Assembly: GCA_045530865.1 (NCBI GenBank)
Contig: JAZSCX010000107.1
Location: 1-63,943 of the forward strand
Reading direction: 5' to 3'
Length of the DNA stretch: 63,943 bases
DNA from: Candidatus Avilachnospira sp.
GTDB lineage: Bacteria > Bacillota > Clostridia > Oscillospirales > Oscillospiraceae
Part shown: positions 24,107 through 32,871 of the stretch, piece by piece
How the letters are laid out: every line of letters starts with the position of its first letter
Numbering within the stretch: the stretch's first letter is position 1
Position numbers and translations under genes: made by a program
The notes under the pieces: model-generated
What the model was told of the DNA's origin: nothing
Seen by the model: only the letters and a program-made list of their open reading frames with translations
The model's database searches: none

Positions 24107-24622
24107 TTATTCCGCAATATAGGCCGCGACGATCTCACCATAGAAGGCGTCGTGATAGTCGCCGGGGACGTTGTCCGCATAGAATTTCTTCCGCAGTACC
24201 TCGGGGATGGAGTTGGGCTCCTGCGACTGCCGGTACAGCACCCGGCATTCCAGCGTCAGGGGCAGCTCTTTGATGCCCGGCACAGAGATCACGGAGGGCT
24301 CCACCAGTGTCAGTCCCAGATCGGCAATCTTGTCCGTATCCCGTCCGGATTTGCTGCCGCAGTAACGAAGGATCTGCTTTTCGTTTTCGTCCATGGGGAT
24401 GTTGACGGTGAATTCCGGATTTTCCTGCAGCTGCTTCCACGTAAAGCGGTGCTGCCGCACCTAGGCAATGAAGATGGGCTTGTTCCATTCCACGCCCATG
24501 GTGCCCCAGCCGATGGTCATGGAATTGACATTATCTCCGGATTTGGTGGTCAGCAGGGCGGCTTTGCCCACCTCCTTCAGAATGGTTTCTGCGTAGTCAA
24601 AGGCATGGATTTCCCGTTTCAT
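24107..24622 (-). pseudogene. flavin-reductase-like (FMN-binding split-barrel) gene interrupted by one in-frame TAG
   Basis: MKREIHAFDY...SMTIGWGTMGVEWNKPIFIA-TAG(24461-24463)-VRQHRFTWKQL... is a continuous frame on both sides of the stop. RBS GGGAGGAA lies before the ATG at 24620-24622. Confidence 0.75.
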
Positions 24623-24735
24623 ATGAAATTCCTCCCGGAAAAGTGTTGTTGTTATTGTATTCTTTCCGGGAAAACTTGTCAACGGGTGAGGTTCGTGATA
24701 AAATAACAAAAACTATGCAACAAGGAAGAAAGAAT

Positions 24736-26292
24736 ATGAATCGTTCATCCGGTGTTCTGCTGCCCGTGTTCAGCTTGCCGTCCCGCTACGGAATTGGCTG
24801 CTTTTCCCGGGAAGCCTATGATTTTGTGGACTGGCTGGCAGCAGCCGGTCAGACCTATTGGCAGATTCTGCCCCTCGGTCCTACCGGCTACGGCGGCTCT
24901 GCCGATTCTCCCTATCAGGCCTATTCTGCCTTTGCGGGCAATCCCTATATGATCTCACTGGAGGATCTGATCGAAGAGGGCCTTCTGACCAAAGCAGAGT
25001 GCGATCAGGCAGATTTCGGCAGCGATCCGGAGCGGATCGACTATGAAAAGCTCCATGACAACCGCCTGAAGCTGCTGCGGAAGGCTTATGAGCGCAGCGA
25101 TATCAGCAAAAATGCCGAGTATCTGCAGTTTTTACAGGAAAATCATTGGTGGCTGGCGGACTATGCCCTGTTTATGGCAGTGCGGGATTTCTTCTCCGAG
25201 CAGCCTTGGTTTGAATGGCCCGAGGATATCCGGCTCCACTGGGGCTTTGCGCTGGATTATTACCGGCGGGAGCTGTACTTTGAGGTGGAGTTTTATCAAT
25301 ATCTGCAGTTTACCTTCTACCGCCAGTGGCTAAAGCTGAAGGACTATGCCAACCAAAAGCATATTCAGATCGTTGGCGATATCCCCATTTATGTCTCTCT
25401 GGACAGCGCCGACGTCTGGGCCCATCCGGAGCAGTTCCAACTTGATGAGAATGGCATGCCTACGGCGGTGGCAGGCTGTCCTCCCGATGACTTCTCTGCC
25501 GACGGTCAGCTCTGGGGTAATCCCCTGTACCGCTGGGATTACATGAAACAGACCGGCTATGCATGGTGGGTATCCCGGATGCGTCAGAGCTTCAGGCTCT
25601 ATGATGTGGTGCGGGTGGATCACTTCCGCGGTCTGGACGAGTATTATTCCATCCCTGCCGACAGCGAAACGGCTTTGACCGGTGATTGGGAACCGGGCCC
25701 CGGTATGGATCTGTTCCGTCATATCGAGGCACAGCTGGGCAAGTGCGCCATCATGGCGGAGGATCTGGGCTACATGACCGATTCCGTTCGCAAGCTGGTG
25801 AAGGACAGCGGTTATCCAAATATGAAGGTGCTGGAATTTGCATTTGACGCAGAGGATACCGATGCAGCCAATGAGTATCTGCCCCACAACTATGATACAA
25901 ACTGCTTCGTCTACACCGGTACCCATGACAATGAGACCATGGCAGGTTGGCTGGCAGGGCTGAAGCCGGAAGAACTGGCGCTGGTTCGGGAGTATCTGGA
26001 TGATCGGACGACTCCTGATGATCAGCTGTGGCGGAAGATGCTGCGCCTTGCCATGCTGAGTGTGGGCAAGACCTGCGTTCTGCCCCTGCAGGATGTGCTG
26101 GGCATGGACAACCGAGGACGGATCAATACGCCCGGAACTGTGGAGAACAACTGGGTCTGGCGTATGCAGCCCGATGCCCTCACAACTGAGGCACAGCAGG
26201 AGTTGCTGCGGCTGACAAGGAAATCCGGACGGTTTAATTGGAAAACCGTACAAGAGAAAAAGGAAAAGACGCAGGAAAATAGTGAAAAATGA
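24736..26292 (+). CDS. malQ: 4-alpha-glucanotransferase (amylomaltase, GH77)
   Basis: SSGVLLPVFSLPSRYGIGCF...YWQILPLGPTGYGGSADSPYQAYSAFAGNPYMISLE matches GH77. RBS AAGGAAG. Confidence 0.9.
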   Translation: MNRSSGVLLPVFSLPSRYGIGCFSREAYDFVDWLAAAGQTYWQILPLGPTGYGGSADSPYQAYSAFAGNPYMISLEDLIEEGLLTKAECDQADFGSDPERIDYEKLHDNRLKLLRKAYERSDISKNAEYLQFLQENHWWLADYALFMAVRDFFSEQPWFEWPEDIRLHWGFALDYYRRELYFEVEFYQYLQFTFYRQWLKLKDYANQKHIQIVGDIPIYVSLDSADVWAHPEQFQLDENGMPTAVAGCPPDDFSADGQLWGNPLYRWDYMKQTGYAWWVSRMRQSFRLYDVVRVDHFRGLDEYYSIPADSETALTGDWEPGPGMDLFRHIEAQLGKCAIMAEDLGYMTDSVRKLVKDSGYPNMKVLEFAFDAEDTDAANEYLPHNYDTNCFVYTGTHDNETMAGWLAGLKPEELALVREYLDDRTTPDDQLWRKMLRLAMLSVGKTCVLPLQDVLGMDNRGRINTPGTVENNWVWRMQPDALTTEAQQELLRLTRKSGRFNWKTVQEKKEKTQENSEK

Positions 26293-26295
26293 TGA

Positions 26296-26324
26296 TTGAC
26301 TTTAGGACTTAAAAGTGCTAAAGT
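26296..26324 (+). promoter_or_regulatory. promoter of T-box leader 1
   Basis: TTGACT, a 17-nt spacer, then TAAAGT. The architecture is nearly identical to 29979-30007. Confidence 0.55.
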
Positions 26325-26330
26325 AATGGA

Positions 26331-26592
26331 GGATAAAACAACGCGATGATGGAACCAAGTACACATCCATGGGACACCGCAGAGAGCTGCCGGTTGGTGC
26401 AAGGCAGTGGGTCGGGGATGCTGGAATACCTTCCTGAGCGGCATTCCTGAACTGACAGTAGGGAATGACGGGTGCGCCCGATAAAGCGCCGGAGCCTGAT
26501 GGGGCTCGATAAGGCCGCATGATGCGGTAAACTGAGGTGGTACCACGGGAATTTCTCGTCCTCTGCGAAAGCAGAGGACGTTTTCTTTTTTA
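26331..26592 (+). promoter_or_regulatory. T-box riboswitch leader, specifier read as UAC (Tyr)
   Basis: Stem I carries GAUGA, AGUA, AGAGAG and a GGUGCAA distal loop. GAA-UAC-C lies at 26424-26430. The T-box sequence AAACUGAGGUGGUACCACGGG is at 26529-26549. A terminator (26557-26580) is followed by a T-run. Confidence 0.8.
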
Positions 26593-26616
26593 CCCCCAAA
26601 ATGAAGGAGAAACAAT

Positions 26617-28251
26617 ATGGTTATTACGGAATTACTGGAACGAAATGCAAGACTTTACGGCAATGAGGTTGCTCTGGTGGAGATCAACCCCTCTGAGGAG
26701 CGGGACAATGCCGTCACCTGGCGGGATTTCAACCTGATCGAAAACGCCAATCCCGACGCCCCCTACCGCCGTGAAATGAGCTGGAAGGATTTTGACCGCC
26801 GAGCCAACCGGTTTGCCAACCTGCTGCTGAGCCGCGGCCTGAAAAGAGGCACCAAGGTCGCCATTTTGCTGATGAACTGTCTGGAGTGGCTGCCGCTGTA
26901 CTTTGGTATTCTGAAGGCCGGCTGCATTGCGGTTCCCATGAACTTCCGCTATTCCAGCGATGAAATTCAGTACTGTCTGGATTTGGCGGATGTGGATATG
27001 CTGATCTTTGGGCCGGAATTTGTATCCCGGATGGATCTGATTGCCGAAGCGGTCTCCCATGTAAAGATGTTCTATGTGGGCAAGAACGGCCCTGAATATA
27101 CGGAGGACTGCCTGCGGCTCATGAGCTACTGCTCCTCCAGCGCACCTCCCATCATCATGGAGGAAGAGGATCTGGCTGCCATCTATTTCTCCTCCGGCAC
27201 TACCGGCTTCCCTAAGGCCATTCTGCATAATCACCGTGCGTTGATTTCTTCCTGCAAGGTGGAGCAGAACCATCACAGCCAGAGCCGGGAGGATGTGTTC
27301 CTCTGCATCCCGCCCCTGTATCATACCGGCGCCAAGATGCACTGGTTCGGCTCTCTGCTCTCCGCCTCCAAGGCAGTGCTGCTCCGCGGCGTCAAGCCGG
27401 AGTGGATCCTCCGGGCTGTCACCGAAGAAAAGTGCACCATCGTCTGGCTGCTGGTGCCGTGGGCACAGGATATGCTGGATGCCATTGAAGCGGGCAAGAT
27501 CAATCTGGGCGACTACTATCTGGATCAGTGGCGGCTCATGCACATCGGCGCACAGCCGGTGCCGCCCAGCCTGATCAAGCGCTGGAAGAAGATCTTCCCC
27601 AACCATGCCTACGATACCAACTACGGCCTGTCCGAGTCCATCGGCCCCGGCGCGGTCCATCTGGGTGTGGAGAACATCCACAAGGTCGGCGCCATCGGCA
27701 AGGCAGGCTATCTGTGGCAGACCAAGATCATCGATCCCTCCGGCAAAGAGGTGGCGCAGGGCGATGTGGGCGAGCTGGCACTGAAGGGCCCCGGCGTCAT
27801 GCTGGAGTACTACAAGAACAAGGAAGCCACCGACGAAGTCCTCCACGGCGAATGGCTCTACACCGGCGATATGGCACGCGAGGATGAGGACGGCTTCATC
27901 TATCTGGTCGACCGGAAAAAGGATGTGGTCATCTCCGGTGGTGAGAACCTGTATCCCGTTCAGATCGAAGATTTCCTCCGCGGCTTCGAGAAGATCAAGG
28001 ACGTGGCGGTCATCGGCCTGCCCCACCCCCGTCTGGGCGAAATCGCGGCGGCCATCATCGAGATCAAGGAAGGCGTGACCTGCACGGAGGACGAGATCAA
28101 TGCCTTCTGCTCCGGAATGCCCCGCTACAAGCGCCCCAAGAAGATCATCTTCGACAAGGTGCCCAGAAACCCCACCGGAAAGATCGAAAAGCCTGTGCTG
28201 CGTGAAAAGTATTGCAAGGGCCGTCTGGTGGAAGCACAGATCACCGGTTAA
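26617..28251 (+). CDS. AMP-forming acyl-CoA synthetase / class-I adenylate-forming ligase
   Basis: SSGTTGFPKA, YHTGA, GELALKGPGVMLEYY, YTGD and GRKKDVVISGGENLYP are present. RBS AAGGAG. Confidence 0.85.
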   Translation: MVITELLERNARLYGNEVALVEINPSEERDNAVTWRDFNLIENANPDAPYRREMSWKDFDRRANRFANLLLSRGLKRGTKVAILLMNCLEWLPLYFGILKAGCIAVPMNFRYSSDEIQYCLDLADVDMLIFGPEFVSRMDLIAEAVSHVKMFYVGKNGPEYTEDCLRLMSYCSSSAPPIIMEEEDLAAIYFSSGTTGFPKAILHNHRALISSCKVEQNHHSQSREDVFLCIPPLYHTGAKMHWFGSLLSASKAVLLRGVKPEWILRAVTEEKCTIVWLLVPWAQDMLDAIEAGKINLGDYYLDQWRLMHIGAQPVPPSLIKRWKKIFPNHAYDTNYGLSESIGPGAVHLGVENIHKVGAIGKAGYLWQTKIIDPSGKEVAQGDVGELALKGPGVMLEYYKNKEATDEVLHGEWLYTGDMAREDEDGFIYLVDRKKDVVISGGENLYPVQIEDFLRGFEKIKDVAVIGLPHPRLGEIAAAIIEIKEGVTCTEDEINAFCSGMPRYKRPKKIIFDKVPRNPTGKIEKPVLREKYCKGRLVEAQITG

Positions 28252-28274
28252 TATCGTTCAACGTCGTAAGGGCG

Positions 28275-28299
28275 ACCTTACGGTCGCCCAATTCTTATT
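28275..28299. repeat. short GC hairpin (GTAGGGC-family relative) between ligase and symporter genes
   Basis: CGTAAGGGCGACC-TTAC-GGTCGCCC with no T-run. Confidence 0.45.
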
Positions 28300-28359
28300 C
28301 CCGTTTTCAGAAAAAATGTTGGAATTATTCAACGAAAATAAAGAAAGGAAGTACATAGT

Positions 28360-29913
28360 ATGGATATGTTTATCAAAATTGCAATGCTGGTTGTATTCTT
28401 CGGTGTCACAGTCGGCGTAGGGTTGTATTGCCGGAAGCACTCTACGGACGTCAACGGCTTTGTTCTGGGAGGCCGCAGTGTTGGCCCCTGGCTGACCGCA
28501 TTTGCCTATGGCACTTCCTACTTCTCTGCCGTTGTCTTTGTGGGCTATGCAGGTCAGTTCGGCTGGAAATACGGCATTGCCGCCACCTGGGCAGGCATTG
28601 GTAATGCTTTGATCGGTTCCCTGATGGCCTGGAGTATTCTGGGACGCCGCACCCGTGTCATGACCCAGCATCTGGACAGCGCCACCATGCCTCAGTTCTT
28701 TGAGGGCCGCTTCGGCAGCAAGTCTCTGAAGCTGGCAGCTTCTGCCGTTATCTTCATTTTCCTGATCCCCTATACGGCTTCTCTGTACAACGGTTTGAGC
28801 CGCCTGTTCGGTATGGCTTTTGAGATCGATTACTCCGTCTGCGTCATTGCCATGGCAGTTCTGACTGGTATTTATGTCATTGTTGGCGGCTATATGGCTA
28901 CGGCAATCAACGATTTCATTCAGGGCATCATTATGATCGTAGGCATCATTGCCGTCATTGCTGCGGTGCTCAAGAGTCAGGGCGGCTTTCTGGAAGCCTT
29001 GAACGGCCTGTCTCAGGTGTCCGATCCCACTGTCTCCGATGCTCCCGGCGTGTTCAATTCCTTCTTTGGCCCCGATCCGGTCAATCTGTTGGGTGTGGTT
29101 CTGCTGACCTCTCTCGGCACCTGGGGTCTGCCCCAGATGGTGCAGAAGTTCTATGCCATCAAGTCGGAAAAGTCCATCAACAAGGGCATGATTATTTCCA
29201 CCATCTTTGCGGCTCTGGTTGCAGGCGGCTGCTACTTTCTGGGCGGCTTCGGCAGACTGTTCTCTGATAAGATCGATATCGCCGCCAACGGTTATGACTC
29301 TGTGATTCCCACCATGCTCTCCGGTCTGCCCACGGTTCTGATCGCTCTGGTGGTGGTGCTGGTGTTGGCTGCGTCCATGTCCACCCTGTCCTCTCTGGTG
29401 CTGACCTCCAGCTCCACGCTGACGCTGGACTTTATCAAGGGAAGTCTGGTCAAAAACATGAATGAAAAGAAACAGCTTCTGATCATGCGCCTGCTCATCG
29501 TGGTGTTCATTGCCATTTCTGTGGTGCTTGCAATTGTCCAGTACAAATCCAGCGTGACCTTCATCGCACAGCTTATGGGTGTTTCCTGGGGCGCACTGGC
29601 CGGTGCATTTTTGGCTCCCTTCCTCTATGGTCTGTACTGGAAGCGGACAAGCAAGGCATCCGTCTGGGTTTGTTTCGTGTTCTCCACCATTGTCATGCTG
29701 GCCAATGTGGTGGTAAAGTCCCTGTTCCCACCCATTCTCCAGTCTCCCATCAATGCCGGTGCATTCTGCATGCTGGCAGGTCTGGTGATCGTGCCGGTGG
29801 TCAGCCTCTTCACCAAGGCACCTGATAAGAAGCTGGTGGACGATGTGTTCTCCTGCTACGATAAAAAAGTCATGGTTCCCGTCACCGATTCCATCGGAAA
29901 CCACGAGAATTGA
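28360..29913 (+). CDS. sodium:solute symporter (SSS) family transporter
   Basis: 517 aa with about 13 TM segments. The N-terminus ...FVLGGRSVGPWLTAFAYGTSYFSAVVFVGYAG... is typical of PanF/PutP-like SSS proteins. Confidence 0.8.
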   Translation: MDMFIKIAMLVVFFGVTVGVGLYCRKHSTDVNGFVLGGRSVGPWLTAFAYGTSYFSAVVFVGYAGQFGWKYGIAATWAGIGNALIGSLMAWSILGRRTRVMTQHLDSATMPQFFEGRFGSKSLKLAASAVIFIFLIPYTASLYNGLSRLFGMAFEIDYSVCVIAMAVLTGIYVIVGGYMATAINDFIQGIIMIVGIIAVIAAVLKSQGGFLEALNGLSQVSDPTVSDAPGVFNSFFGPDPVNLLGVVLLTSLGTWGLPQMVQKFYAIKSEKSINKGMIISTIFAALVAGGCYFLGGFGRLFSDKIDIAANGYDSVIPTMLSGLPTVLIALVVVLVLAASMSTLSSLVLTSSSTLTLDFIKGSLVKNMNEKKQLLIMRLLIVVFIAISVVLAIVQYKSSVTFIAQLMGVSWGALAGAFLAPFLYGLYWKRTSKASVWVCFVFSTIVMLANVVVKSLFPPILQSPINAGAFCMLAGLVIVPVVSLFTKAPDKKLVDDVFSCYDKKVMVPVTDSIGNHEN

Positions 29914-29924
29914 TGTTCCGTTCA

Positions 29925-29965
29925 CCCCGCCGGAGATTTCCGGAAATCTCCGGCGGGGGATTTTA
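29925..29965 (+). terminator. rho-independent terminator
   Basis: CCCCGCCGGAGATTTCCGGAAATCTCCGGCGGGG followed by GATTTTAT. Confidence 0.7.
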
Positions 29966-29978
29966 TCGAAAACAGGGA

Positions 29979-30007
29979 TTGACTTTAACAGTGAAAAGTG
30001 ATAAACT
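29979..30007 (+). promoter_or_regulatory. promoter of T-box leader 2
   Basis: TTGACT, a 17-nt spacer, then TAAACT. Confidence 0.55.
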
Positions 30008-30013
30008 ATCCAA

Positions 30014-30270
30014 GAACAGAAAAACCCGATGATGAAAACCAGTACGCATCGCTTGTTTCCGCAGAGAGCTGCCGGGTGCTGTAAGGCAGTGAAACGGTGG
30101 TGCCGAATTCCTTTCTGAGGGGTCTTCCTGAACCGGGAGTAGGGGAGAACGGGTGCGCCCGATACTGCGCTAAGGATCTGTTAGGATTCGAGAGGCCGCT
30201 TTGCGCGGTAAACTGAGGTGGTACCACGGGAGATTTCTCGTCCTCTGCATGGTTTGCAGAGGGCTTTTTT
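30014..30270 (+). promoter_or_regulatory. T-box riboswitch leader, specifier read as UUC (Phe)
   Basis: It has the same Stem I landmarks as leader 1. GAA-UUC-C lies at 30105-30111. The T-box sequence is at 30210-30230. The terminator is CCTCTGCA-TGGTT-TGCAGAGG followed by T6 (30242-30270). Confidence 0.8.
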
Positions 30271-30311
30271 ATTGATAAGCGAGTGATCTGTACTGGCGCG
30301 GCAGCGCTCAA

Positions 30312-30443
30312 GGCTCCCTTGTGTAAAGGGAGCTGGCAAAATCAGCGCATCAGAGCTGATTTTGACTGAGGGATTGTTTTGTTTACAACCCCTCCGACAA
30401 AAATCAAATGGATTTTTACCACCCCCCCTTGCACAGGGGAGGC
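30312..30443. repeat. composite palindromic REP-like element inside the iorA 5' UTR
   Basis: The left unit begins GGCTCCCTTGTGTAAAGGGAGC and includes an AAATCAGC...GCTGATTT hairpin. The right unit is inverted (...CCCCCCTTGCACAGGGGAGGC). The design matches 4398-4546. Confidence 0.65.
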
Positions 30444-30488
30444 TTTGGTACCTTCAAATCTGTAGAACATTCCAAGGAGGAATTTCAT

Positions 30489-32231
30489 ATGAAAACGTTG
30501 ATGCTCGGCAACGAAGCCGTTGCCAGAGGCCTCTATGAAGCCGGATGCAGCTTTGTATCCAGCTATCCCGGTACGCCCAGTACCGAGATCACCGAAACCA
30601 TCGCCAAGTATTCCGAAGTCTATGCGGAATGGGCCCCCAATGAAAAGGTTGCCATGGAAGCCGCTTTTGGCGCCTGTCTGGCAGGCCGCCGCAGCTTCTG
30701 CGGTATGAAACACGTGGGCCTGAACGTGGCTGCCGATCCGCTGTTCACCATTTCCTACACCGGCGCCAATGCCGGTATGGTCATCGGCGTGGCTGATGAC
30801 GCCGGTATGCACAGCTCCCAGAACGAGCAGGATTCCCGCCACTACGCCAGAGCTGCCAAGATCCCCATGCTGGAGCCTTCCGACTCTGCCGAGGCGCTGG
30901 CCTTTGCCAAGCTGGCTTATGAGATCTCCGAAGAGTTTGATACTCCTGTGCTGCTGAAGATGTGCACCCGCGTGTCCCACTCCCAGAGCGTGGTGGAACC
31001 CGGCGAACGTGTCGAAGTCACCAAAACATACGAAAAGAACCCCCAGAAGTACATCATGATGCCCGGCAATGCCAAGCGCCGCCACCCCATCGTGGAGGAG
31101 CGTACCCGCAAGCTGACCGAATGGGCAGAGACTTCCTCTGTCAACCGTGTGGAGGAGGGCGAGGATCACAAGATCGGCATTATCACATCCTCCACTTCCT
31201 ATCAGTATGTGAAGGAAGTTTGCGGCGACAAATATCCCGTGCTGAAGCTGGGTATGATCTGGCCCATGCCCAAGAAGCTGATCTGTGACTTTGCCAAGTC
31301 CGTCAGTGTGCTGTGCGTGGTGGAAGAGCTGGACGGCTTCATCGAAGATCACTGCCGCAGCATGAGCCTGCCGCTGGTGGGCAAGGATACCTTCCCCTGC
31401 ATCGACGAGTTCAGCCAGAACAAGGTGGCAAAGCTGCTGGGTCTGGAGATTCCGGCCGAAGGCGCCAAGGTTGACGACGTCATTCCTGCCCGTCCTCCTG
31501 TCATGTGTGCCGGCTGCCCCCACAGAGGTCTGTACTACACCCTGGCCAAGAACAAGGTCACGGCACTGGGCGACATCGGCTGCTATACGCTGGGCGCTGT
31601 GCCTCCGCTGGCTGCTCTGGATACCACCATCTGCATGGGCGCATCCATCTCCGGCGCCCACGGCTTTGTCAAGAGCCAGAACGGTGCTGCCGACAACAAG
31701 ACCGTTGCGGTCATCGGTGACAGCACCTTTATGCACTCCGGCGTTACCGGCCTGATCAACATGGCCTACAACGAATCCAACGCCACGGTCATCATCGTGG
31801 ACAACTCCATCACCGGCATGACCGGACACCAGCAGAACCCCACCACCGGCTACAATCTGAAGGGGGATCCCTGTGCCAAGATCGATCTGGAAACCCTCTG
31901 CAAGGCCGTGGGCATTAGGCGGGTACAGGTCGTGGATCCCTACGATCTGAAGCAGTGCGATACGGTTCTGAAGGAAGAACTGGCTGCCAATGAGCCTTCC
32001 GTCATCATTTCCCGCCGCCCCTGCGCATTGCTGAAGTATGTCAAGCACAACAAGCCCCTGACGGTGGATCCTGAAAAGTGCAAGAGCTGCAAGATGTGCA
32101 TGAAGATCGGCTGCCCTGCCATCAGCATGGTGGACGGCGTTGCCAAGGTGGACAACACCCTTTGTACCGGCTGCGGCGTCTGCGCCCAGCTGTGTAAATT
32201 CGACGCCCTGCAGGCGCCCAAGGAGGTCTGA
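30489..32231 (+). CDS. iorA: indolepyruvate:ferredoxin oxidoreductase alpha subunit (TPP- and 2x[4Fe-4S]-binding)
   Basis: MKTLMLGNEAVARGLYEAGCSFVSSYPGTPSTEI is the N-terminus. A GDSTF TPP motif is present, and the C-terminus carries CKSCKMCMKIGCP...CTGCGVCAQLC. RBS AAGGAGG. Confidence 0.88.
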   Translation: MKTLMLGNEAVARGLYEAGCSFVSSYPGTPSTEITETIAKYSEVYAEWAPNEKVAMEAAFGACLAGRRSFCGMKHVGLNVAADPLFTISYTGANAGMVIGVADDAGMHSSQNEQDSRHYARAAKIPMLEPSDSAEALAFAKLAYEISEEFDTPVLLKMCTRVSHSQSVVEPGERVEVTKTYEKNPQKYIMMPGNAKRRHPIVEERTRKLTEWAETSSVNRVEEGEDHKIGIITSSTSYQYVKEVCGDKYPVLKLGMIWPMPKKLICDFAKSVSVLCVVEELDGFIEDHCRSMSLPLVGKDTFPCIDEFSQNKVAKLLGLEIPAEGAKVDDVIPARPPVMCAGCPHRGLYYTLAKNKVTALGDIGCYTLGAVPPLAALDTTICMGASISGAHGFVKSQNGAADNKTVAVIGDSTFMHSGVTGLINMAYNESNATVIIVDNSITGMTGHQQNPTTGYNLKGDPCAKIDLETLCKAVGIRRVQVVDPYDLKQCDTVLKEELAANEPSVIISRRPCALLKYVKHNKPLTVDPEKCKSCKMCMKIGCPAISMVDGVAKVDNTLCTGCGVCAQLCKFDALQAPKEV

Positions 32232-32233
32232 GC

Positions 32234-32806
32234 ATGAAAACGAAGAACATTATGATCGTCGGCGTCGGTGGACAGGGCTCTCTGCTTGCCTCCAAGCTGC
32301 TGGGCCGTCTGCCGCTGACCAAGGGCTATGATATCAAGGTTTCCGAGGTCCACGGCATGAGCCAGCGCGGCGGCAGTGTGGTCACCTACGTCCGTTATGG
32401 CCAAAAAGTCTATTCTCCCATCATCGATAAGGGCGAGGCCGATTTTATCGTGTCCTTTGAACTGCTGGAAGCAGCTCGCTGGACGGAATATCTGAAGGTC
32501 GGCGGTAAGATCGTTGCCAATACTCAGCAGATCAACCCCATGCCCGTCATCATCGGCGCAGCCGAATACCCCGCTGATCTGGCAGGCAAAATGCAGGCTG
32601 CCGGCGTGGATCTGGATGCCTTTGACGCTCTGAAGCTGGCGGAAGAGGCCGGTTCCTCCAAGGCTGTCAACATCGTCCTCATGGGCCGCTTGTCCAAGTA
32701 CTTTGATTTTAGCATGGAAGAGTGGATGGACGCCATTGAAAAGAGCGTCCCTGCCAAGTTCCTGGAACTGAACAAAAAGGCCTTCCAGCTGGGCCGTGAA
32801 GCCTGA
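32234..32806 (+). CDS. iorB: indolepyruvate:ferredoxin oxidoreductase beta subunit
   Basis: IMIVGVGGQGSLLASKLLG...SEVHGMSQRGGSV is the pyruvate/ketoisovalerate oxidoreductase gamma-like domain. It starts 3 nt after iorA. Confidence 0.85.
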   Translation: MKTKNIMIVGVGGQGSLLASKLLGRLPLTKGYDIKVSEVHGMSQRGGSVVTYVRYGQKVYSPIIDKGEADFIVSFELLEAARWTEYLKVGGKIVANTQQINPMPVIIGAAEYPADLAGKMQAAGVDLDAFDALKLAEEAGSSKAVNIVLMGRLSKYFDFSMEEWMDAIEKSVPAKFLELNKKAFQLGREA

Positions 32807-32871
32807 CCCGTTAAACCAAACCCAGCCTCCCTGTAAAGAGAGACTCCGCACACCAAATAGGAGTGAAAAAT

